DNA of 64,000 bases from the human T2T-CHM13v2.0 reference genome, Homo sapiens, in assembly GCA_009914755.4 (NCBI GenBank), contig CP086569.2:14720001-14784000 (forward strand). Direction: 5' to 3'. This document shows positions 27,794 through 47,328 of this stretch, piece after piece. Made by a program: the position numbers and the translations under genes. Numbering within the stretch: position 1 is the first letter of the stretch; each line of letters starts with the position of its first letter. The notes beneath the pieces were generated by a model that saw nothing but the letters and a program-made list of their open reading frames with translations, did not search any database and was not told the DNA's origin.

Positions 27794-30700
27794 TAAGTAA
27801 TCTTGTCTTCTATAGTGTCTAATATTTTAAAAATTCCATTTGGCATGTTTTTCATTTCTTCCTTTTTACGTTTGGAAGTTCTACACAGCTCTGTTCTGTA
27901 TCTTTCATTCCTTTCCTCCCTATGTCCATGTTTTCCTCTACATTATTGGGAATATGGAGCATATTTATAATAGCCTTTAAATGTCCTTTGCTGTTAATTT
28001 TATCATCTCTATAATGTCTCGTCCTGCTTCTGTAGATCTTGTTTTTCCCACTTTGTTTATGTGCCACAATTTCCTTCTTATTTGCACAGTGAATTACTTT
28101 TGGTTGGATCTCAAATTTTTGGGTTTTGAATTTTGCTATATCTTTCTAGAAAGCTTTAGACTTTGTTGTAGCATGTAATTAAGTTCCTTTTGAGATAATT
28201 TTTTTTTATTTTGAGGTTTCTTTCAAGTTTCTTAGGGTAAGATTAGAGTAACCTTTAGACTACGCCTAATTTATCCCATTACTAAAGTGATATCCTTCTG
28301 AGGATTCTAGCCAGCGCTTCATGAGTTGTGCATTCTCTCCACGTTGACTGTTTGAAATGTGGTTAGAATGGTTTCCTTTACTGATGTCTGGTTGTTCTTT
28401 CCTTAGACTTATGCAGTTTGAAGCCATGCACATTAAGGTCAGTATTCAGCTAAAAATGAAGAGGTCCCTCTGAACCTCTCCAGGTTTCTCTCTTCATGCA
28501 GTATCATCCTGCTTGATAGTCTACCCACAAGAGCTGGCCATCTCAGCCTCAATCTTTAGTCTATTTCTCCACAACTTGAAAATATGGCAGAACTATCTTG
28601 GGATCAGCCTTCCTTGCACTGTAGATTTGAAACTGCATCAAAATCATTCATTTTTTGGCAAAATTGAAATTCATCTCATTTGTGTCTTTTTAGGTTTTCT
28701 TGTCTTGTGCCAACTATTGTCCAATGTCTGAAGAAAGTGGCTGCATACAAGAGGCCTTCAGAAAGTTCATGGAAAAATGTAATCAAAAGCTAAAAATAAA
28801 ACATATAAACTTTGTTTCCCCACATAAGCTCCATCAAGCTTTGATGTTACCAGCCAATTAGTCCATCCCTAAAAAACTGAGTGTTCTGGGAATTTAAACA
28901 TGTCGATGTAGGTTTTGAAAAATATCATTCACTGAAGAAAAATAGGTGCCCTTTAAAGATTCTTATAAGAACAGGAAACAAAAACAAGTCAGAAGGAGAG
29001 AAATCAGGACTGTAAGTTGGATGCCTAATGATTTCTCATTGAAATTCTGGCAAAATTTCTTCCCTTTGATGAGAGGAATGAGCAGGGGCATTATTGTGGT
29101 GGAAAAGGGCTCCCTCTTGAAGCTTCCTTGGGCATTTTTCTTCTAAAGCTTTGGCTAACTCTCTTAAAATACTCTCAAATAACATATATCCAATGTTCAC
29201 TTTTGTGCAAAGTTTTAGTATTAAAATGAGATGGAATTTGGCTCATTACATTGAAAGGTGAACTGTAAGACTATACAAAGTTTGTGCACAGCCTCTATAA
29301 GTTAACTGAAACTGACTTATGGTCTGCACTTGCTTATCAGAAAATAATCTTCGTAAGGCCAGTCTTCTGTCCAATTAGAGAGTTGTAGAGGTCTGAGTTG
29401 TAAACTAGAGTTACGATAGCTGCGATTGTTGACAAGTTCAGCTGTAGGAACTTAGAAATGTAACATGGCAACCAGGCCCTGAACCGTCTACCCATAGGTA
29501 ACTTGGGTTATTTAACCTTAGCGTACCTCTCAGTTGATAAAGGAACATCTATTTTGGTCTCTCAGGTCATACCCACTAGGTCCCAATAACACCTTCCTTC
29601 CAGTTGTGAGGGATAACAATGTCTCCAGAAATTATGTAATGTCCCCTGGGAACCAGTCCCTTAACTTTTGGAATTTGCAGTTTCCCTTACTTGTTCATAA
29701 TGAGGAAATGATGTTCCATTTGCATTAGAGTATTAGTCTGTTTTCATACTGGTATAAAGAACTGCCCAAGACTGGATAATTTATGAAGAAAAGAGGTTTA
29801 ATTGACTCACAATTCAGCATGGCTGGGGAGGCCTACGGAAACTTACAACCATGGTGGAAGGCAAAGGGGAAGCAAGGCAGCAGGAAGGAGAAGTGCCAAG
29901 TGAAGGGGGAAGAGCCCTTATAAAACTGTCAGATCTGATAACTCAATATCATGAGAACGGCATGGGGGAAAGTGCCCCCATGATTCGGTTACCTCCACCT
30001 GGTCTCTCCCTTGACACATGGGGATTATGGGAACTACAATTCAAGATGAGACTTGGGTGGGAACTCAAAGCACAGCCATGTCAATTAGTTTGTATTTCAT
30101 TTTGTGATGATCCAACCAGTCCAATAGTGATATAATACAGTAGTGTATAAACAAAGAAATAAGAAATTTCAAGGAAGATCTCTAAGAAGGTAAAATATGA
30201 ATCACTTTTCTTTTTGTAACTTGGATGGATGTGATGAGTTTGTAGAATTTGACCATGTTTGTGAAATTATTTGAGATGGTAACCTATTTGAAACTGAATA
30301 ATATGAATCAAAGAGTAAACAAGTATATTTGACAACTTTATAATTTACTCCTCTTTAAAAGAAATTACTTATCTGAGGATTTTAGGCCATCTATAATTAA
30401 TTTATATGTATTCTCATTATTTCTTGTAAAATTTCTACAACTGTCTTTAAAAATTCTGATGCTAATAAAGGTGGCTAGCACTGATTGCACCTTTATATTG
30501 CACCTTTCTTATGTGCTAGTATCTGTGCTATGTGTTTTGGATGATGTATTTAAGGCTTAGGGTAATATTTTATCCTCCTTTTATATTTGAAGAAACTTAC
30601 ACTTGCAAAATTAATTTGGCCCCTAAATTATATAGCAGTTATCTTACGAATTTGTCATGCTCTGAAGGGGACGTGCTGTATTTGTTTCTGTTCCCTCTCA

Positions 30701-31636
30701 TTTGCTATTTCTGTTCTTTGTTTCTGTTCCATCTTTCTTCAGTTTTCCACATCACTTTTACCTCCTTAAATCATTTTCAGTATTTGTGACTCTTCTTTAA
30801 AGCTTTGTGTTTGTCTAATTATTTGTTGATCTCATGCTTATATCTGTAACTTCCCACATGTACCATTATTATAATGCAAACTAAACTGTTATATGATTTT
30901 TACCTGTTTGGTAGTAAATGTGTAAACTGTAAGCATAGTGGGTCATCATTTTCACAGTTTTATCTGTTCACCACTAGATTCCTAGTACCTAGTACCTAGA
31001 ATGCCAGTTTGGTCTATAACAATATACAAATGGTTCAGTGGGCTGAACATTGCATTGGCATTTTGATAATTACTACTAACAAATGCAGAAAGTAGGGGAG
31101 GGAAAGAAATCATAGTTTAACTAAAGTACCCAAACCATCCCTAATTCTCTGGGATTTGTGAACTTCTTGAACTATTATGTGCCTCATGATATTCTAGAAA
31201 TCTTTCAGTAAGATTCTGAAGTGTTGCTGACTCATACAAGTTGACACATTTGTTTTCAAAATAAATAGAAAAGCTAGGCCAAGAAGAAGGAAGCCAAGAT
31301 AAACATAAGTAAAGATTACGATAATTGAAAGAAGAGGGTATGTACTTGTAGAAAAGCGACTTCCCTAATATGCATGTTTCTGATTTTCTCCTAATTTTAT
31401 ATTATTCATGGCCAATGTCTATAATTTGCCTGGGAATCCAATTAATTGCAATCACATCTAACAAAATGGTATTTATAATTGGGTTTCCAAGCAAATTATA
31501 CTAACATTTCTGAGCATAAATTAGTAATATTTGAATGGATTTTTTTTTTTTAAATTTCATGCCTGCTTAGTGTTTAGATGCCTTCTTTGAAAGAGACACC
31601 TGGCCGTTTTGCTTACTTTTTTAAAAGTATACTATC

Positions 31637-31937
31637 TTTTTTTTTTTTTTTGAGGTGGAGTTTCATTCACTCTGTTGTCTGGGCTGGAGAGCAGTGCCAC
31701 AATTTTGGCTCACTGCAACCTCCATTTTCAGGTTGAAGCTATTATACTGCCTAAGCCTCCCCAGTAGCTGGGATTACAGGTGTGAGCCTCCACACGTGGC
31801 TAATTTTTTGTATTTTTAGTAGAGGCATGGTTTTGCTATGTTAGCCAGTTTGGTCACAAACTCCTGGCCTCAAGTGATCTGGCTGCCTTGACCTACCAAA
31901 GTGCTAGGATTACAGGCATGAGCCACCACACCCAGCC
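31637..31937 (-). mobile_element. Alu (antisense) with an intact target-site duplication 'aagtatactat' at 31625-31635 and 31938-31948.
   Basis: T(14) then 'gaggtggagtttcattcactctgttgtctgggctggagagcagtgcc...gtgctaggattacaggcatgagccaccacacccagcc', flanked by identical 11-mers. Confidence 0.9.
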
Positions 31938-32574
31938 AAGTATACTATTTTGTTTTTAATAGAAACTATACATGCCCATTAAATATTAATAAAACAAACT
32001 GCACAGAAAAGTAAAACCAAACCATCACTCCAGATTTACCACATAGAAACAGCCATGGTTTACCAGGCAGGAAAGTGTTAACACAGCAAAGCCAAGACTG
32101 CAATCCTAATGCCTACTTAAATGGCTGGCAACAGGCCAGCTCCTGGAAGCTTTGTGCACACTAGTTTCAAATAAATGCTTAAAGTTTAATATTACTTGAA
32201 GGCAAGAGAAGACAAAGAACCCCCAAAATATTAGAAAAGATTATAAAAGACATTATAAGGTTGGAATTCTTACTCTTTGAATTCCATATTTGTTTTATTA
32301 TTTACTAATGTTCTAATATTAAGTTCATGATAAGTCACACACATATGTTTTCTCCACACTCTTTCCACCTATCAGTTTTTCTAACATATTATTGTTTTAA
32401 AATTCTTAATTTTATTACAGCAAATTCTCTCTCCTAGCCATCATTCTTATTTTATTTAATTTCAGTTTCATATTTATGTGTGTAGAAATGTGATTACTAA
32501 TTTTACTAATTCTTTTCCAATTTGTTTATTCTTTATTTTGTAAACGTAATTTTTTTTTCATTTATTTTCTTTCT

Positions 32575-38725
<6,151 letters not shown>

Positions 38726-38876
38726 CCCCCCCCACCTTTTTTTTTCTTTTGAGAAGGAGTCTCGCTCTGTCACCCAGGCTGGAGTGCAGTGGCTCAATCT
38801 CCACTGACTGCAAGCTCTGCCTCCTGGGTTCAGGCCATGCTCCTGCCTCAGCCTCCCGAGTTGCTGGGACTACCTG
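38726..38876 (-). mobile_element. Alu right-monomer fragment (antisense) abutting the 5' end of the L1.
   Basis: 'ttttgagaaggagtctcgctctgtcacccaggctggagtgcagtggctcaatct...gcctcagcctcccgagttgctgggactac'. Confidence 0.75.
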
Positions 38877-39413
38877 TAAATTTAATTTGTATCTTTGTTT
38901 TCAAAAAGGATCTACAGATGGTGTTTTCTTTCAGTTTGTGCATGAGAAATTTTACCTACAGTTATATCTGAAGTATACTTGGACTGGACAACTTTCTTCC
39001 TTGTATAAGTATTACTTTATTTTACTATGGTACTAGCCCATTTGTTCCTGTTTTCTGTTTATGGTAGAATGGCCAGGTTTTGCCATTGCGTGGTACATAG
39101 TGCCCCCTGCCCTTCCTCCCAAAAAACACACACACTCACACAGAGTTTATTTTTCTCAGAATTATATAGACATTGCTTTGTTAGCTTCATACACTAAGTT
39201 TAGTAGGGAGACATTTGGTAGCAATCATATTTTCTTTCCCATAATCAGTTTGCCTTTTTTACCTGGATGCCTGAAAAATGATAGTTTTCCCTTTGGAGTT
39301 CAGAAGCAGAAGATACATTCCAGTGTTGCTTGTTCTTTTCAGTTATTCCTAGAACATAACCTGCCCTTTGTTTATTTGTTTATAGTTTTTTCTGTTTAAT
39401 TCCTTGATAGTTC

Positions 39414-39652
<239 letters not shown>

Positions 39653-42294
39653 TGATATTTCTAGTTTATTTCTTAACTTTATGGTTTTTTTTTCATATTT
39701 TACATTTTTGTTTTTAACTCTCTTCTATCCCCTTTCATCTCATTTCATTGTCTTACTATCTTGTCTTCATGCTCTTATATATAATTGTACTAGCAGGAAA
39801 TAGAACATGGACCACATATATATCTCTTGTCACACATGTTTTTATTTACCATAAAATTGATGGGTATTACACACATACTGATTTGAATAAGTCCTTTTCC
39901 AATATTTTCACATTCCTCTTAAGTCTCTAAACAATTAACTTTTATTATTACATGAAATTTTACATGCTTAATGATCATACTTTTATGACACTTAAATTAT
40001 CTTTGTTCACAGGATTTCCTACTGGAGACCAATTTATACATTTTCTTTATATTTAGAGTATTAATATTCACACAGCATTTTCTCTGACCTGTGCATATTT
40101 CTCTCCTTATTCCATTCAGTTAGTAAATTCTCATTAAACTATGATTAATGACCTAGAGAGAGACCTTGTGTACACATATCGTATGTTCTCTAATTTATAT
40201 CCTGACAAATAATATTTGTTAACCTAATCCAAGAGAATTATGGAAGATAATAGACAGCATCAAAATTTGCCTTTGATACAAATAAACAAAGAACAGTTAA
40301 ATAAAGCTCCTCTGTAAGATTCCTGTAGCAAATCCACACTACTCTAAGATGAACTTCATTTAATTATGTGTTGCAATTTCTTAGATGCAGATTCCAGTGC
40401 TTAATCTGGAAATAGTAGGTTGGATTCTAGTGGCTGGACACACCGTAGAAAAATGTAGAGAATACCTTCTGTCTTTGGATCTCTTAAAAATTTTGTCAGT
40501 ATGCCAGAAGAAATTTGAAATGTTCAAGGGTAAACTTGTAACAGTGGAAAAAAGACACAAATTACTTAACTCTTATTGAGTATGTATTGGGGGCCAACTA
40601 TGCACAATAGTCTCTAGATCTTTGTGTGTGTTACTTCATATAATATTCATAATGTAACCTGTATTATTTCAAGATTATATACCTGTCCATAAACCTTGAG
40701 TGCAAAGATGAATATATTTGTTTCTATGATCCCCAAAATAATCATAAAAAACATTTTTGAATTCTTACCAAAAAGGAAAAAAATGAATATCCATACAAAA
40801 CAACTCTCATATCGACTAGAAGATCTAAATTGTTGGGCTAATTATGATCATTCTCCTTTTCTGGTCATTGGGAACACATGCTTCATAACTGTTCTAGCTC
40901 ACTGTCTTTGTTTATTATTTGTATTTACGTCTGCCCCAGTAGTTCAGTAAGTAATGAAGATAAGGAAGCACGGCTTCTGTTTTCCTGTCTCTCAAAGTTC
41001 AAGAGTGTGGCAGTTGGCATATAGATAATTAGAATAACATATGAATAGAGGATCCAAACTTTATCTGACTCTTGACTCATGCTCTTTTTTCGTAGGTGAA
41101 GAATTATGAACTGAGTTGATTTCATTATATATGATGCAAACTAAGTCTTTGTGATTTCCAAGTTACCAAGCAGGAAACAAATATTTCTACTTGGAAATCT
41201 CAGCCCTGAGGCAGTGGCCAGTGATTTTGGTAACTAAGTATTTTCTTTCAGTGCGTATAATGTGTACGTTTTGTTGAAAGAAGAAAGTTGGCAAATACTA
41301 CACAATTGTCACAAATCTGTTAGCATATTTCTTTGATTACTTAGATTTGAAACTAAATTTAGAACTTCAAAACTCAGTGAAGTAAAACACATCTAACAGC
41401 TAACAGAAAAATGAACTGTAAAAGAGAGTACGAGAAAAAGCCTTGAGAATTGATGATGCTTTAAATGCTTGTAAAGTTTCTTTTTAATTACTTAGCTGCA
41501 AATTTGTCATAACTCAATAATGACACCATGACTTTTCTTCTAAGCTTTAAAGTTCTTAAATTGAAAAGTAATTTTAGGACAGCCAATTCATGTTATTTTC
41601 ACATTTTATAAATGATTAATAACTAACAAACATCTTTATCTTATACCTACAATTGCAATTCAAAACTTGAAATTATACTTTTTCTAGCTAGTATTTCTAC
41701 CATTTTCCTTTTGTTAATTAATCTAAGAAAAGAACAGGCATTTAATTGTATTTAACTTGTAATGAAGTACTGTTGCTTTGTCATCCATTAAATTTGCAAT
41801 ATCAGAAAGATTATTGTCACTACCAAACAATAGTATTTGGTGCTGCACACATTCTCATAGTATAAAAACTTTCTGTCCATTTTATTTATTTTTTTAATTC
41901 TGGTAAAATGCAAATAATATAACATTTGCTGTCTTAACTCTTACATATATTTTAATTCAACATTGTTTGGGAAAAAGAACCATGTGAGACTGTGGAGAAT
42001 AATTTACGTTGAAATTGTAGTTATCCTGGGATTACTCAGATATTCCCTTGTGAAGTTATGTTTTGAGTCTTCAGTGGCATTTCCAGTCATCATCAACATG
42101 AGAATCATAGACTAAAATTAGTGAACTAGCTATCTTTTTGGAAAAGAGTTAGAAACATTTGTCCTCCCAATCTCCCACCTCCCATTAGAGACTTTGATAA
42201 TGGTGAGGTGGTTTTCTTTTCTTTTCTGTTTTCTTTTCTCTGCTGTTCTTTTTTGTTTTCTTTTCTCTTTTTTCCTTTTTTTTTTTTTTGTTTT

Positions 42295-42590
<296 letters not shown>

Positions 42591-42789
42591 TTGTTTTGTT
42601 GTTTAATTAATATACCTCTACCATTGTGTGAAATACTCTGGTTAATATCGCAAATCTTTCACCATGTCTTTCCTAGATAACCCCCTGTCTCCAGGGTACC
42701 TAGGTGCCACCAGACACCTATCTGACTAAAGAGTCATGCTCATTTAGCAGTGAGGAGTAGCTGGCAGCATGCTGCCAGGTTTAGTAAGT

Positions 42790-43060
42790 GTAACCTGGTG
42801 GTAGGGAGTTATATTCAACTACTGTTGAGAAGCAGCAGCAATACATGGGCAGGACTTACCAGGTGTTTTCCAGGTGTTGCCAAGGCATTACCAGGCAATG
42901 GTAGGGATGACCCAGTGTTACCCAGGTGTCATGATGGTGCAGAGCCATATTTAGTCATCAGGGAGGAGCAGCAGGCAGCACACAGGCGAGTGTTCCCAGG
43001 TATCGTCCAGGTGTCACCCAGGTGTTTCCAGATGTTACCAGTAATGAGCCCTGGTTAGGG
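42790..43060 (+). repeat. Degenerate ~9-12 bp minisatellite. Units resemble 'ccaggtgtt(a/g)(c/t)', for example 'ttaccaggtgttttccaggtgttgccaaggcattaccaggcaatgg...acccaggtgtcatgatggtgcag...tcccaggtatcgtccaggtgtcacccaggtgtttccagatgttaccag'.
   Basis: Visible periodicity. The ORF 42750-43058(+) is a translation artefact of this repeat. Confidence 0.6.
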
Positions 43061-44449
43061 ATCACTGTGGAGCATCATGCAGAATGCTGGTAGTGAGCTG
43101 CATGATGTTCCTATTCTCCCCCTGGACTTGTGTTCACCAAAGCCACCACATTTATTTCTTATATTCCTAAACCTGTTGTGACATCACATAAACAGAAATT
43201 GTCCTCCTTGCTCATCTTCCACTTCCAAAGTTGGGGAACCATGGCATTTGCATTGGTTCAGGTAGCCTGAATTGTTGTCACAAATGGAGCTTGACATGTA
43301 CAATTGTTCAAAACATGCATACTTGCTTTTTTGCCCATGGAGCACTTTAAGGCACAATTCCCGGCAGGGTGCTGTCTTCCTCCATGTGGGCAGACAGTAT
43401 CCTGGCATCTCTCCTCTTGTGGCCCCACCAGTCTCTACAGCTGTGGCACCACCCACATCTTGCTAATAAGAACATGGGGGTGCCACCCCCTACCACCTGC
43501 AAGCCTTGGTCCACAGTGGCACAGAAGTTTGCTGATTACATTCCATTCATGACAACATGGCCACCCCTAGGTAGAAGAAAGGCAGTGAAATTTAACCTGG
43601 CTGTGCACAGATGTTCCACATGAAAATGCATTTTGATAGGAGAAAATGCCTCTTTGATGGGATAAAAGAAAGCAAACACATCTATTTTGTCAAACATTCA
43701 AGAAGACTTCATGTGTCTTTAATGGAATAGTAGTTATCATGGAAAGCGTCTCCCATAAGGATAAAAGGAGGCTTGGGGTAAAAGTTAAAGTTATGGTGTT
43801 CATCTTTTCTGCTATCTTCTATAAAACAAAAAGGTAGTTAAGGTTAGGGCTGGGGCTTGTGGAGCTGTCTTGACTGTTGTCTTCCTTAAAGAAAAAAGAG
43901 GGCAAGAGCACAGAGAGCATCCTTCCTCTTTCTTTCCCTGGGTGGGGCAGCTTTTAGAAGTCTCAGCAACTCCTCCATTCCATGGCAGAAAGAAGCCATT
44001 ATCTTCTGATTGCAGGGATAACCAAATGCTTTTTCCAACCATTTTTTCCTAATGAAAAAGAGGCATTTGAAAAATGGCTCTTTGACATTACTAACACTTT
44101 TTAAATAATACATTCCTCTAATAAGTCCAGGGCACGCTATTCTCACTAATGGTTGATAGATTCTGGGCTCAACCAAAATGTCCTCAGCAAGATGCTGTTC
44201 AAATCCCAACTATTTTACAGATAACATAGGTGTGGGCTGATTTTTAAACCAGATTCACATTCTTTTACTGCACAACTGATTGACAATTTCATATTCACAA
44301 TAAAGACTGGAAATTATTGAAATATGTTCAATTAGGAGGCCTAGACAACTGTACTATATAATACCAACAAATATGTTACCATTGTGAGAACTGTAAAGTT
44401 TTACAGAACTACTGTTATTTTGATGAATATTAATATATATGAAAAAATA

Positions 44450-44844
<395 letters not shown>

Positions 44845-45152
44845 TTATTTATAATCAGTTTTTTTGACAAACATCTTGGAACCAAGGTGGAATATGTGAT
44901 CTGTGAATGTGAGTGCATATACACAGTGTGTGTGTGTTGCATACAACATAAAATAACCACTCATGGATTATATTCCTTTGAGGAATCAGCATAAATTGTC
45001 ACTTTGATAGGAGAAAACCAATATATGTATTTTGTCAAACATTCAAGCAAAAGCTTGATGGGAAAAAAATGTATAACTTCCTTTCAGATGCCTTGGAAAT
45101 CAGACTTTGTGTCTTTAATGGAATATTTTTAAAAAATTCTTTTTTGACTTAG

Positions 45153-45375
45153 CCTCTTTTCCCCAAGGAGAACTATGAATGCTTTACCAGTTGTGAGTTC
45201 CTCAAATACACCCTGTTGGTGAAGCAGGGGGACTGTCCAGCTCCTGAGAAAGCCAGTGGATTTGCGGCCGCCTGCGTTGAAAGCTGCGAAGTTGACAGTG
45301 AGTGCTCTGGGGTAAAGAAATGTTCTTTGAATGGGTGTGGACCCACCTATCAAGTACCCAAGACTCTGTACAAAG
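45153..45375 (+). pseudogene. ANOS2P: Exon of an anosmin-1 (ANOS1/KAL1) paralogue encoding the end of the Cys-rich region plus the WAP four-disulfide-core domain. Translation is [74 protein letters not shown]. It is decayed: two WAP cysteines are replaced (TCT Ser at 45324-26, TAT Tyr at 45348-50) and the donor reads AT instead of GT at 45376-77.
   Basis: Acceptor: polypyrimidine tract + AG at 45151-52. The frame is open from 45153. The motif 'KQGDCP...C...C.EVDSEC.GVKKC[S]..GCG' matches the WAP signature K.G.CP-C-C-x5-C-x5-CC-x3-5-C-x2-4-C, except that Cys6 and Cys8 are missing. It is near-identical to my recollection of ANOS1 '[68 protein letters not shown]'. Exon end phase 1 (a single G) is completed by the 'GT' at the start of the next exon to give the expected Gly. 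Confidence 0.75.
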
Positions 45376-45945
45376 ATAAGGGGCATTACTGGGGGTGTGA
45401 AGAGACATGCAGTGCCACAGAAATCTGTGTGTGCCTAGGGAAGGGTGTCCATTGTAAGTGTGAAAAGTCCACAAAACATAAAATCTTAAGAAAATGTATT
45501 TTATATCATATACAGACATCTTAACATATTCATGGACCCATAAATATTAGCCATATTAACTGGACTTGGGGTAAAGCAAGTCATTCATATTAATTCTTTT
45601 TAATTTGACATATGCGATGGACAGCAACAATTCAGGAAGGTTTTTGTCTTTATTTGTCTTTTCTCTAGTCAGACTGATTCAAGTAAGCTCTACTGGGTAC
45701 ATTGGAGTAATAAATTGATTGAAATCCCTGGAAAATAGGCTGGGAGATACACACTTGAAAAATACACTATAAATATAATGGTGTTGTGCTTTTTCTGCTG
45801 ACAGAATCCAAGAACACTAGTGTCATTGTACAGATCTTAAATATTTTGATTAGTACCTTGAGATTCTAGACAATGGAGTTCAATTTATCAAACAGCTTAG
45901 CAGATGCAATAGTTTATATTCAAAAGCCATTTCTAGAGCACTTAG

Positions 45946-46298
<353 letters not shown>

Positions 46299-46307
46299 TA
46301 ACCTCTT

Positions 46308-46477
46308 TTTTTTTCTAGTTGAGATGGTGTCTTGCTGTGTCTCTCAGGCTAGAGTGCAGTGTGCAGTGGCACAGCCTCAGCCCACTGCAGCCTCCCCATC
46401 CCAGGTTCCAGAGATTCTCCTGCCTCAGCCTGCCAAGTAGCTGGGACTACAGGCATGCCCCACCATACCCGGGTAAG

Positions 46478-46516
<39 letters not shown>

Positions 46517-46658
46517 GTTTTTGTTTTTTTTGTTTTTTTTTTTCAGTAGAGATGGATTTCACAATGTTAGCCAGGCTTGTCTTGAACTCCTGACCTCAAG
46601 TGATCTGCCCGCCTCAGCCTCCCGAAGTACTGGGATTACAGGTGTGAGCCACCACATC
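46308..46658 (-). mobile_element. Alu (antisense) whose central A-rich linker is replaced or expanded by (TG)19 at 46478-46516.
   Basis: 'gagatggtgtcttgctgtgtctctcaggctagagtgcagtg...cccgggtaagttttgtgtgtgtgtgtg...ttttcagtagagatggatttcacaatgttagccaggcttgtcttgaactcctgacctcaagtgatctgcccgcctcagcctcccgaagtactgggattacaggtgtgagccacc'. Confidence 0.85.
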
Positions 46659-46792
46659 TAGCCAGGACTAAGGTCTTTTAAAAGCCAAGCTGATTCCATT
46701 GTATTATGTATAGTTTGAGATACAATCAAAATACACTATGTCATATAACGTTTTGTTAATTTTTTGGGTCTCATAAAGAGTAATATAGAGCA

Positions 46793-47328
46793 GCAGTCCC
46801 CAGCCTCTTTGGCAACAGGGACTGGTTTCTTGGAAGACAATTTTACCTTGATCGGGAGAGGGGGCAGGGGATGGTTTGGGATGATTGAAACACATTACAT
46901 TTATTGTCCATTTTATTTCTATTATTATTACCTTGTAATATGTAATAAAATAATTATACAACTCACCGTAATATAGAATCAATGGGGGCCCTGAGCTTGT
47001 TTTCCTGCAACTAGATGGTCCTATCTGGGGGTGATGGGAGACCATGATAAATCATCAGGTATTAGATTCTCATAAAGAGCACACAACCTAGATCCCTCAC
47101 ATGTGCAGTTCACAATAGAGTTTCCGCTTCTGTAAGAATCTAAAGCTACTGATGATCTGACAGGAGGTTCATGTGGTAATGTGAGTGATGAGAAGAGGCT
47201 GTAAATATGGATGAAGCTTTGTTCACTCACCCACCACTCATCTCCTGCTATGTGGACTTGTTCCTAACAGACCACAGACTGTTAGACCACTACTCAGAGG
47301 CCCAGGGGCCGGGGACCCCTAATATAGA
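46793..47328. mobile_element. Non-autonomous cut-and-paste DNA transposon (MITE-like). It has imperfect terminal inverted repeats ('cagcagtcccc...' / '...ggggacccct') and is flanked by a direct 'taatatagag' duplication at 46783-92 and 47329-38.
   Basis: The termini are reverse-complement related, there is an AT-rich spacer ('ttattgtccattttatttctattattattacc'), and the flanks are duplicated. It matches a common human DNA-transposon consensus, but I cannot name it confidently. Confidence 0.5.

Noticed and set aside
42750-43058. 102-aa ORF beginning MRSSWQHAARFSKCNLVVGSY....
   Set aside because: It sits entirely on a degenerate 9-12 bp tandem repeat. Its periodic composition is a repeat artefact, not a protein.
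45216-45524. My initial reading of the 102-aa Cys-rich ORF was a WFDC-cluster (chr20 WAP-only) gene exon.
   Set aside because: The WAP module is followed in the downstream exons by FN3 sequence, and the flanking peptide ([17 protein letters not shown] / KTLYKG-VPLKPR) matches anosmin-1 rather than SLPI, elafin or WFDC proteins. The ORF also continues past a (mutated) splice donor, so the 102-aa ORF as drawn is not the biological unit.
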